A stretch of DNA of 64,000 nucleotides, taken from positions 3,720,001 to 3,784,000 of the forward strand of contig OX337234.1 of assembly GCA_946965045.2 (NCBI GenBank), written 5' to 3'. The first letter of the stretch is position 1, and each line of letters opens with the position of its first letter. Both the position numbers and the translations under genes were made by a program. The notes under the pieces are model-generated. The model made no database searches and was not told where the DNA came from. It saw only the letters and a list, made by a program, of their open reading frames with translations. This document shows positions 21,601 to 29,649 of the stretch, piece by piece. This DNA is from Epithemia pelagica. Its lineage: Eukaryota; Protista; Bacillariophyta.

Positions 21601-24326
21601 TGGAGAGTATTGACAAACTGTTTGGTCGACTTGATCCCATAGATATCAGTAACCAGAGTATCTCGACCAACAAAGATTTGTGCGACTTTACCGCCATGGT
21701 CAACAGCAGGGGTGTCGGAGAAAACCGAGTCAGTAGCAACGGGTTCATGACGTCGAGGTATATTAAGGACCGGATTGCGAGCCTTGAAATGTTTCTTGAG
21801 GGTGTCGTGGTCAAAAGTAATGCTACCATTACGTGTAGTGTGCTTGAACGTATCGGCAATAACATCTTCAGATTGCCAACCAAAGAATGGACGGAACTTC
21901 TTCCAGTCATACGCTTCCTGGTAACGACGGTGGACAGAGGCATGAAGTGTAGGATCATTACCTTCTGCGTCAGCATAGATAGAAAAGAAGGGTGCGTCGT
22001 CAGGTCCATGATCATATGGGAGATCCAAAAGGAGATTGAGGTTACAAACAACACGATCAGTGTACTCCCCATAGTTGTCATATGGATGGTTCGACATACT
22101 ACCATCAGTCTTGACGTGTTTCCAATCAGGATCATTGTCAGAGGGTGTGGGAGAATACGAATGGTCCAGAACACCAGGATCCCATGTGTCGGGTGACGTG
22201 AAGATGATCTGAGGTAAGGTATCCATGTCATCGTCGCTGGGGATACCCAAGGAGTGGATGTAGGCTAACCCATCCTTGATGTGAAGGGGTATGGCACGAC
22301 CATCAAGTGTAGTGATGCGTTGTTTACCATCAACTTTAACAGATCGTTCATCAACAGCAAGTCCGAAATGCTCGAATTGACCAGGAGCATGGATAGATAA
22401 GCCCTTCCCATAATAAGCATATTCATTGAAGATGCCGACAATAGGTCCATCATTGGTCTCAAACTTTGCGGCACATGTGATGACAGGAAGCCCAGTAAGT
22501 TCATGGTTATCAATACCCACAATAGTGATATGACGGCCAGTCTTAGAAAGGATGCGCATGTCAGAACCAGCAAGTCCTCCATTAGCACCACGGTCAATCA
22601 ATTGATTCCCTGGTAAAGTAGATTTCCTGGAAAACAGATAGCGTGGGACATGTCCTGCTTGTTTATGCATGTTGGCTTTGAAAGTAACCTTCTTGCTTGT
22701 CTTGGACTTGGCGTTAGAAAGAACACTAGTCAGGTCAGTTGCCGGGTGATTGATATCAGTCGTCATGGCTTGGTTGATAAATTGTGTAACCGGATCTGAA
22801 TCATCTGAATGCTCAGGGACTACGCCAGGTGAGTCGTCATCAGATGCAACTTGGTTGGGGTCAGGATCAGGTTCCGGATCAATGTCAAGGGCATGTGTTT
22901 GCACTGTCCTCGGTGTTGTTGATGAAGGTGCTTGAATCATCTTGTTATACTCAATGATCAACTTGCGATCTTCTTCAGAAAGTTTGAACCATAGGTCACG
23001 CGGTAGACTAACCTTGGACGAAGAGGATGGAGATTCAGATGTCGCTTTGGTGTTGTGGACATGATACTCCATATCATCTTGTGAGGTTATGTCAGCATCT
23101 GTATCTTGGCCATATAGTGATTCATGTTGTTTGACATGTCGACGGCGACTATGAACAGATGACTGGGTTGCTTGATCATGGTCATAAGCTGCGTCTAGAA
23201 GGAGACGGAAGTATGATTGATAGCAAAGGGATTTTGCACCGGATTTGGTGTTCACCACATTATCCAAGATCTTGACTCGGCGGAGATCAGGTACCTTTTC
23301 TACAGCTTGCATGAGGAAGGTCATCCTGGTATGATCAGGGATGCGATCAGACAATGTCACTAGATTGTCTAGCAAACGTAGCTGCTCTTGAAAGTGTAGA
23401 AGAAATTGACGTGTTGTTCCGCGCCATGTGTCGTCAAGACGTAGATTGGAAATGTAGTTGGTTAAGCGGAGGACTTCTCGCTTTGCTAGGTCGGATTCGG
23501 TATGCAAAGAGTGTAACTTCTGCAATACGGCACGCGCATCTTCATCATGTTCATGTTCACGTACATAGGCTCGACCTTGGTCAGTCTGAATGATACGGAC
23601 AAGAACGGAGTAAAGAAATACTTGTTGCTCTTGAAAAAGTTCTTCGGCATACTCATCATCATGGGGTGGTGTGTATTTGAAATTCAGGACGTTGGATAGG
23701 CCTTGAGCCTTAGCTGTAGTTTTGAATACACGCCAGAATGAATCGTAGTATCGTTCATCCTTGAATACCTCGTATGCAGTTGCGTCGCGCTTAGTTCCCT
23801 TTCTGAATGCTGTAAGGTCTTGTTGAGATTGGGATGCGGCAGTAACTGTGCTGACAGATTTCACAGATGACGGTGACTTCATTGGCGAGACTGGGACTTG
23901 ACTAGGTGGTCCCTTAGAGAAATCTGTGTTGATCCTCCAAGTGTTGAACTCTTTCCTCGTTAGGTTCATCCAGTCGCTATTGGATAGCTCGTCTTGAATT
24001 TCATTGGTCTTGTATGTGGCCCAATAAGCCAAGAGCTTGATCTGCTGTCTTGTGGGGCCTTGTAGATCATGTGTCTGTTTGTTGACCTTGTATTGTGTCA
24101 GTTCCTTCATGGATTCCTCGGTATTAGTTTGCATATACGAGATAACATGGGTAATGTTCTCAAAACCATGGTATTTCATCCACTTCATTAAGTAGTCGGC
24201 CCTTTCTTTGGTGAAGAATTGGCAGACAGTAAATATGATGTGGTCGAATAGGTCTGTGTCCGAGACATTGTCTTGGTTATCTTCTCCCTTAGGAGTCGTA
24301 GGTGTCTTGGGTGATTGAGGATCCAT
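18639..24326 (-). CDS. Inner Copia gag-pol polyprotein with a chromodomain-like integrase extension
   Basis: Protease LIDRGANGGLAG; integrase VATDSVFSD / LISDGGS / NKAENRYQ; RT KARLVADGH, ADIGNAYL, VYVDDLA; RNase H YVDANL, TYGSEF, GDNRSV, ADILSK. Confidence 0.96.
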   Translation of the reverse strand: MDPQSPKTPTTPKGEDNQDNVSDTDLFDHIIFTVCQFFTKERADYLMKWMKYHGFENITHVISYMQTNTEESMKELTQYKVNKQTHDLQGPTRQQIKLLAYWATYKTNEIQDELSNSDWMNLTRKEFNTWRINTDFSKGPPSQVPVSPMKSPSSVKSVSTVTAASQSQQDLTAFRKGTKRDATAYEVFKDERYYDSFWRVFKTTAKAQGLSNVLNFKYTPPHDDEYAEELFQEQQVFLYSVLVRIIQTDQGRAYVREHEHDEDARAVLQKLHSLHTESDLAKREVLRLTNYISNLRLDDTWRGTTRQFLLHFQEQLRLLDNLVTLSDRIPDHTRMTFLMQAVEKVPDLRRVKILDNVVNTKSGAKSLCYQSYFRLLLDAAYDHDQATQSSVHSRRRHVKQHESLYGQDTDADITSQDDMEYHVHNTKATSESPSSSSKVSLPRDLWFKLSEEDRKLIIEYNKMIQAPSSTTPRTVQTHALDIDPEPDPDPNQVASDDDSPGVVPEHSDDSDPVTQFINQAMTTDINHPATDLTSVLSNAKSKTSKKVTFKANMHKQAGHVPRYLFSRKSTLPGNQLIDRGANGGLAGSDMRILSKTGRHITIVGIDNHELTGLPVITCAAKFETNDGPIVGIFNEYAYYGKGLSIHAPGQFEHFGLAVDERSVKVDGKQRITTLDGRAIPLHIKDGLAYIHSLGIPSDDDMDTLPQIIFTSPDTWDPGVLDHSYSPTPSDNDPDWKHVKTDGSMSNHPYDNYGEYTDRVVCNLNLLLDLPYDHGPDDAPFFSIYADAEGNDPTLHASVHRRYQEAYDWKKFRPFFGWQSEDVIADTFKHTTRNGSITFDHDTLKKHFKARNPVLNIPRRHEPVATDSVFSDTPAVDHGGKVAQIFVGRDTLVTDIYGIKSTKQFVNTLQDNIRFRGAMETLISDGGSSLISQKVKDILRTLLIGEYRSEPYHQHQNKAENRYQTVKRMTNALMNATGCPANTWLLCLEYVCDLLNHTSSPTHSGRTPLEALSGRPPDITHLLFFPFWDEVYYRVDPAEPNSGSYPSSSDEKLGHWVGFAHNVGDSFTWKILTQDNQIIYRSAVRRVESTTPNLRVDRPSGEDSSEKDDNDKQADTVFIRSDSEDPSKPMPTIDFDDMIGRTFLCDTEENGERHRARVIKRVIDLNEEATKQEERVKYIYRKTNSDVDEMISYNQLMEYIERDNQAQASGDNLFRFRDVIAHQGPLTTTDPDYKGSKYNLLVDWETGETTYEPLSLIANDDPITVAIYGKKHGLLNEPGWKHLKRYVKTSKRLIRAAKQSRIKQVHHSVKYKFGFQVPRNYEEAVALDKQHGNTKWQDATELELSQIQSYKTFKDFGKAIFIKGKVSNAPEGYHKIRVHLVFDVKHDGRHKARLVADGHLTKEPVETIYSGVVSIRNLRIALFLGTLNDLEIWGADIGNAYLEALTGEKIFIVAGPEFKELEGHILIIYKALYGLKSSGARWHDVLFDVLTDMGFSPSKADPDIWMRKAPGEDCYEYIAVYVDDLAIISTDPGNICKILKEKYNFKLKGDGPIDFHLGCCYTKDSDGTFVADPRRYIGKMMDTFERIFKEKPKKAKTPLIGGDHPELDDSDLLDEEGTSHFQTLIGQLQWVITIGRFDVFTATMTLSRFRAAPRKGHLDRAKRIYGYLAHLPKGAIRFRIGEPDYSSLPTQEFDWTRTVYSNASERIPEDCPTPLGRYVTTTHYVDANLMHDIVTGKSVTAVLHLLNGTPIDWYSKRQSTVETATYGSEFVAARTAIDQITELRHSLRYLGVPIRERSYLYGDNRSVVLNATVPHSILSKRHHLLSYHRVREAIAAKYVAFYWKDGKTNPADILSKHWDFVSIWPMLKPLLFWKGEVQDLNKSNDDKAETTSCGEC

Positions 24327-24646
24327 GGTGTTATTTGGTTGGTTCGATGTTTATTTAATGTGCGGTGTGATGTGGTTTATTTAATGTGTGATGTGATGTG
24401 AACCCGGATGTACCACGTGTGCCACGTATGTACCACGTATGTAATACCCGGATGTGTGTTGTGATGTGCGACTCCTGGAAATTTCCGTTGATTTCGACAA
24501 ATTTTCGCCGAGTTTCAACAAATTTTCGCCGAATTTTCGCGATTTGACGGGAATGTGTGGCGTGTTGTGCGACCAAGGGTACCCGGATGTGCGTTGAGTT
24601 TAAGTCTTGGAAAGGTTTTGAGAGGACGGGAGTTAACTATGAGTAA

Positions 24647-25426
24647 TTAAGCTTCGGTCTCTGAATCCTCACCCTCTTCCGAATGATCAGAGTCGCTTCC
24701 AGGCTCAGATGGGGCAGCACAAGCAACAGAAGAAGGGGTATCACCTTCAGCCAGGTGGTTCTCGACCTCGGCACGCAAAGGGTAGATAGTTGCACGATGG
24801 TCCTCGATGGTATGGACCTCGTGGATGTAGGCAACGTAGTTATCTAGGCGTACAACGTTAGGAGGCAGAGGGCAAGTCGTCGCGTTCACGACGTGGATGG
24901 TATTGTAGTATCCAGTTGGGCGCTCGAAGGTTAGGAAGCGGAGGTGGACAGTACGGATGGGGTTGCCCGAGAGGGCGGCAAAGATGAGGCGACGCCTCGG
25001 AGAACGATGAAGTTGGTCGTTCAGACGGTCAATGTCTTCTTGGTCGACGATGTGGGTCACCGATTGGAACTGGCGTTCGATCTGGGTCTCCCCACGGATG
25101 ATCTCGGGATCGAAGGTCGAACAAGTTGGTTGGCGGAAGTACTTGATATGATCAGCAATCAACCGGGTGGTACGACGGGATCGAGAAGGGACGAGCCGAC
25201 GAGGCGGACTCGGGGGCCGAAGCAACGGCGCAGGGATTGGAGCGTGAGGCTGGGTTGGAGTCTCGAATGGGTTGCTGTTGGAACTGTCGACGGAGATGTT
25301 GACCGATGTGTTGGCTGCCTTCGGCGTCGGCACCAGTTCCTGCTGCACCAGGGTATCGGGCTGCCCGGGATGCAGGTTGGCTCGATAGATCTGTCGTACA
25401 GGAGTGATAATCTCGTTAGTATCCAT
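24647..25426 (-). CDS. Extra ORF (ORF0, 259 aa) between the 5' LTR and gag of the inner Copia; function unknown
   Basis: ATG 37 nt inside the internal region, sense to gag-pol. Pro-rich/basic N-half, globular-looking middle, acidic tail. Confidence 0.65.
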   Translation of the reverse strand: MDTNEIITPVRQIYRANLHPGQPDTLVQQELVPTPKAANTSVNISVDSSNSNPFETPTQPHAPIPAPLLRPPSPPRRLVPSRSRRTTRLIADHIKYFRQPTCSTFDPEIIRGETQIERQFQSVTHIVDQEDIDRLNDQLHRSPRRRLIFAALSGNPIRTVHLRFLTFERPTGYYNTIHVVNATTCPLPPNVVRLDNYVAYIHEVHTIEDHRATIYPLRAEVENHLAEGDTPSSVACAAPSEPGSDSDHSEEGEDSETEA

Positions 25427-25450
25427 GAAACCACAAGGAAATAAGCTTTG

Positions 25451-25462
25451 AGACTGTTAATC
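25451..25462 (-). promoter_or_regulatory. Putative PBS of the inner Copia, complementary to a tRNA-Asn(GUU) anticodon arm
   Basis: The + strand reads AGA-CTGTTAA-TC and continues TG into the LTR; CUGUUAA is the canonical Asn anticodon loop. Confidence 0.55.
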
Positions 25463-26245
25463 TGTTACAATTCTTTCTGAATCGTAGGGACATTGATGCT
25501 CGGTAGAGCAGACAATCAGGTAGGTCACCAACCGATACAAGCTTCTCAGGGTCAGAGAAGCAAGCAAGTCGAAGTCTATCAGAAGGATAGTCGGGACACA
25601 AAAGAGGATGTGATAAATGGTGATATTGTTAGATTGTGTGTTGATTACTACGATAGGTCTACGTGAAATGTTCGGTCCTGCCAAGGGTCATGTGTCATAG
25701 GTTCTTGGCGGCAACAGGTTTGGAATAGTTGGAGTTGATTCATGTGATGTATATGACATGTATATGTGGGCGGATAACATATACAGGGTCAACAGCTCTT
25801 GCTTTGGGTTGGCATAGTTGTTTTCATGGCGCGCAGCTTGTTGACAATTTGGAGATTGTGGGAATGGAAATATGGTCTCGCGTGATCGTGTGTCGTGCTT
25901 GGGATACTTAGACCGTTGGATCGGATAGATGCCGATAGCGCTCGGATGTCGCTTGGGCGCGCTCGATGATTTCGGGCGCGTACGCTTAGGGCGTTAGTAT
26001 AATGTCCGAGCAACGGCCAAATTTATGTCCGTTGTAATACCGCACGACCCAGTTTAGTCTTGAGAGTGAGTTCGTCAATCTATTCTCACTTTTCATGATT
26101 TGCGAAGAAATATAGGTCGATATAGCGCGAAGCTAGGAAACATAGCTCGAAGCTAGAGGGCATGATGCGATAGCACGAGGCTATGTGACATGGGGAATCG
26201 ATGAGATGTAGAATCTAACCACCATAGACGGTGAGAATTCTAACA
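25463..26245 (-). repeat. 5' LTR of the inner Copia
   Basis: Same length (783 bp) and apparently the same sequence as 17862-18644. Confidence 0.96.
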
Positions 26246-27107
26246 CTTCAATGAGGTTTGCGTTGTTGACCAGCAAGGGCTTGTTGTCCTCTTGTTGGAT
26301 TGTCGTGCCTGCCTTTTTGCAAAACGCTTCGTATTTTGTGTATCCTGGGGCAGTCGTAAACTCACCCACATTGGAACCTCGTTGTTTCAATGGAATCGTC
26401 CGTTTGAAGAGTCCTTGCCCCCAAATCAATTCGATAGCGTTGCTATATGTCACACATCGTGTTCCTCTCGGCAAGGGTTTGATATCTTTTGCTGTTTGTG
26501 CCCAATGTTGGGGCGAAAGCAGTTTGGTTGGAGTCGATGGGATGTAGAAGGACCTTGGGAGCGTGATCGTATGGATCTTGCCGTCGTCGTCCTCGATATC
26601 CCATCGTATCGTCGTCTCGTATATATCTGGTTGATATGTTCCTGCTACTCCCTTGACCTTTCGTTTGATTTTGATTGGTTTGGTGCAGCAGTCTTGTATG
26701 TCGTTCGTAATTGACGCGGTTGCGCAATTGTCAATCAAGACTTTCCTGCTGTCGGTATCAAAGCCAACTTCGTGAGCCGCTCGGTGAGTAACTTGTCCAG
26801 TTGTCGAAGTCAGTATCGTTGCCATGCATAATGCCCGGAGGAGTCCTGTATAGTTAGTTCTCCGTCGTCTCCGGCCATGGTCGATTCTTCGTTTCTTCTT
26901 CACTTTGATTTTGGTCGCGAGAGAGGTCGCTATGGAGTCGCATAGCCTTTGGACGTAGTCTAGGACTGACTCCAGGTGGTAGCACCTAGGACACCATAGC
27001 CCGTAGCACAGCATAGTGTAACTTGATAAAAGGATCGTCACTAATACTGTGTAAACGAGCTGCTTGATCATGTCGTGCAGCCCGGGGAACCATCCCGGGT
27101 TTGGTTG
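26246..27107 (-). CDS. Outer Copia pol, 5' part (hydrophobic leader plus protease); in frame with gag and with 14687-17861
   Basis: FDTDSRKVLIDNCATASITND protease motif. Removing the inner element restores ...NANLIEDDDESVMERS.... Confidence 0.9.
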
Positions 27108-28364
27108 TCATTCGTCGGTGCTGTTGTCGCTGTCATCGTCTTCATCGTGGGTAGCACCGGCTAGGGCGCTAGCAAGGCGGAGTCCTGGGTTCGTTCCCGT
27201 GTTCTCGGACGTAGTATCATCTTTGTTCTCGTGTGCTGCGTCGTAGGCCCGTTTCTTATCTCCTGTCAGACCACGTCCGTTACACGTTGCGGACGTGTGG
27301 TTTTTGTTGGTCGACCACTTTCCGTGCCACTTGCACCAGTACCACATTTTTCCGTTGACTTCCTTCGTCTCGGACTGACCACTCTTTGGTCCCACCGTAA
27401 GCCAGGCCTTATCGTTGTCAGTTGCCTTGTCCGTCTTCCCTTTGCTTGTCTGTTTCTTCTGGTCAGTTGGGTTAGTCTTGCGTTTCTGTTCCTTGAGTTT
27501 ATTCACGGATGCTTCAAGTGCGATCAATTTCTGGTCGCGTGCCGAGAGAGCCTGCCATTTCTTCTGTTCCACGAGCGTCTGGTACTTGGTGCGAGCAACG
27601 CTCATTAGTTGACGCGGGGTCAGTCCTGGATTGTCTCCTTCTTCATATGCGTTCTTCTTGCGACGAATGAACTCTAGAAAGTTATCGTCGTTCACGGTTT
27701 CGTACGCCTTAAATAGATTCGGTAGAAGGTCGAGCGTCTGCTCGCCGCGCGCGTTGAGAGCCCGAAGAGTCTCGTCTACATAGAAGTTAAACTTGGCGAT
27801 GTCCGCGTTCACATCCATAATATAGATGTGAAGGTCAGCCAGGCGTTGGCGTAGAACCATAACGGTGGCTTCAGTGTCCACATGTGCCAACGAGATCAAA
27901 ACCTTGAGGAGAAGGGGTCCGGAACCACGCCCATCGATAGTGAAGTCTTCGCGTCGAATATTGACCTGTGCCTTGGCGTCGTCGGTAAGTGATGCCATAA
28001 TGCAAGTGTATGCCATGTATGCATTCTGTGTCTGACGATTGGCTCCATTGAAGTGTTCAACATAGGCACGGACTTGTTGCAAGGAGACACGACCGTACTC
28101 GCTGGTGAGCAAACGAAGATTGGCGTTGGGGGCAGCGATCGCTTCTGGAATTGCAAAGATCGAAGTCCAGTTTTGTTCAACGATCCTGTCTTGGAGAGTA
28201 TCAAGGAACGTCTTGAGTCCGTCGGCTTCAAGATCGTAGAGATCGCCACTATCGTACAATCCACGAATCGCTTGCTTGTAAAACTTCGCTCCTCCTGCCG
28301 TCGTGAAGTTGATCACTTGATTGGCGTTGGCATGCGCGGGTGAAAGGGCAAAATTTGCGGCCAT
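27108..28364 (-). CDS. Outer Copia gag (418 aa)
   Basis: First ORF after the PBS; C-terminal zinc-knuckle variant WCKWHGKWSTNKNHTSATC; ends in TGA in frame with pol. Confidence 0.9.
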   Translation of the reverse strand: MAANFALSPAHANANQVINFTTAGGAKFYKQAIRGLYDSGDLYDLEADGLKTFLDTLQDRIVEQNWTSIFAIPEAIAAPNANLRLLTSEYGRVSLQQVRAYVEHFNGANRQTQNAYMAYTCIMASLTDDAKAQVNIRREDFTIDGRGSGPLLLKVLISLAHVDTEATVMVLRQRLADLHIYIMDVNADIAKFNFYVDETLRALNARGEQTLDLLPNLFKAYETVNDDNFLEFIRRKKNAYEEGDNPGLTPRQLMSVARTKYQTLVEQKKWQALSARDQKLIALEASVNKLKEQKRKTNPTDQKKQTSKGKTDKATDNDKAWLTVGPKSGQSETKEVNGKMWYWCKWHGKWSTNKNHTSATCNGRGLTGDKKRAYDAAHENKDDTTSENTGTNPGLRLASALAGATHDEDDDSDNSTDE

Positions 28365-28400
28365 GGTGGATGATGAATTGACAACGTTTTAGCTGTAAAC

Positions 28401-28415
28401 AGCGCAGAGGAAGCG
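28401..28415 (-). promoter_or_regulatory. Putative PBS of the outer Copia, complementary to the D-arm of initiator tRNA-Met
   Basis: The + strand AGCGCAGAGGAAGCG(TG) abuts the LTR and matches 15 of 17 nt of the recalled human tRNA-iMet segment GGCGCAGCGGAAGCGTG. Confidence 0.7.
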
Positions 28416-28884
28416 TGTTGTTTTCCTGCTACCGTGGGCAACAAGAACGAGCTCAACCCGTGTAAAACAAAGTTAAGTTGTGTGCTTAGTCTTTACTTCT
28501 ACTTCTACTCGTAGCGATGGCTGTGATCCGTTGGATCATCGGCCGTTGGATAAAGTAGGTTGGAGATCTTTTTGCGATCTTGTTGCGATCTTGGTTTCCT
28601 ATGTATTCGTCGTCCAGCCCGTTCTTGCCTGTCAGAATGTTTAGACGACGACTGTTATGGGATGCCATAGGATCTCGCTCCTCTATGTATTGGACTTGTT
28701 TGGGCCGTTATTGTTGATGACGCGTTGCTCCAAATGAGATTTGGTCGGCCCATTGGTTCATTTGTTCTGTTTGAAATAACGATGGTACTCGTCTCTTGTC
28801 GGTCGAATCTTCTACTTCCGAATGCCGGTTCCGAATATTGGTCGCACTTCTTCATTCACTGACCATATCTCATTATTTTGAACA
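28416..28884 (-). repeat. 5' LTR of the outer Copia
   Basis: 469 bp; matches 14191-14659. Confidence 0.96.
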
Positions 28885-29649
28885 ACCCTGCTGTCAGTCT
28901 CATTCTCGTTTGGCACTATCAATGCCGGAAAGCCGGCCCACAAGGTTTGTTCGACATCTTCCTGAGTCAAGGCACCGGCTCCCGTGAGACTGAGGGGCAA
29001 AAAGGCTCGTTCCGGTCCAAAGAGGGCCACCCGTTCGGTCCAATACCGACACAATCGTTGTGCACCGGCCAGTAAATTGTACCGACCCATGCGAACAAAT
29101 TGCAGTGGATCCGTTTCGGTCAACACGACATGCGCATTGCGTTGAAAAGCCATTGTATAGGCTCGACGTTGCTCCCAGGGAATACAAGATTGAATGGTAG
29201 CATGGACATGGCGTCGAATGCGAGCCCGAAGTTCGGGCAACTGGGATAACTCATTACTATTGGACAACAACAGAGGAGATTGCAGTGGAGGAGGAGGGAG
29301 AGGAGGTTGTAAGGCAAAAAGAAGAGACCCTTCAGTAGGTGTTGTGGTAGTGGTAGGGAGAAGTGGCTGTTGTGGATCTTGTTGGTCTTGTGGCTAAAAA
29401 TAAAGATGGTTAGGAACGAAGAAGACAGCAGTGTGAGAAAAGAATGACGAGTTGTTGTTTCCAACAGTTAGATCTGTTTCAAACAGCCTCATCTCTAGAA
29501 GCCAGCTATTTAACCAGTCTCCTCGCATTCATGACGAGGGCCTCGCACCAAAACTCGACCATTTAGGTACGGCCGAGGCATGGTGTGATGAAGATGAAGA
29601 TGAAGAACCCTTTCCAACTACTCACCTCGTTGTCGCCACCCTCTGGCAT
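28885..29649 (-). pseudogene. 5' part of the interrupted CRAL-TRIO-like + bZIP gene
   Basis: ETDPLQFVRMGRYNLLAGAQRLCRYWTERVALFG motif. Proposed exon 1 at 29649-29626 (MPEGGDNE), intron 29625-29394 (GTGAGT...TAG), exon 2 from 29393; the exon 1 model is tentative. Confidence 0.8.

Larger units (their letters stand above)
17862..26245 (-). mobile_element. Inner (nested) Ty1/copia LTR retrotransposon, intact, CoDi-I-like
   Basis: 783-bp LTRs; CTTCA on both flanks (17857-17861 and 26246-26250); uninterrupted 1895-aa gag-pol. Confidence 0.97.
14191..28884 (-). mobile_element. Outer Ty1/copia LTR retrotransposon, complete, interrupted by a nested element
   Basis: 469-bp LTRs at both ends; ACCCTG on both flanks (14185-14190 and 28885-28890); gag, PR, IN, RT and RH in Copia order. 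Confidence 0.97.
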
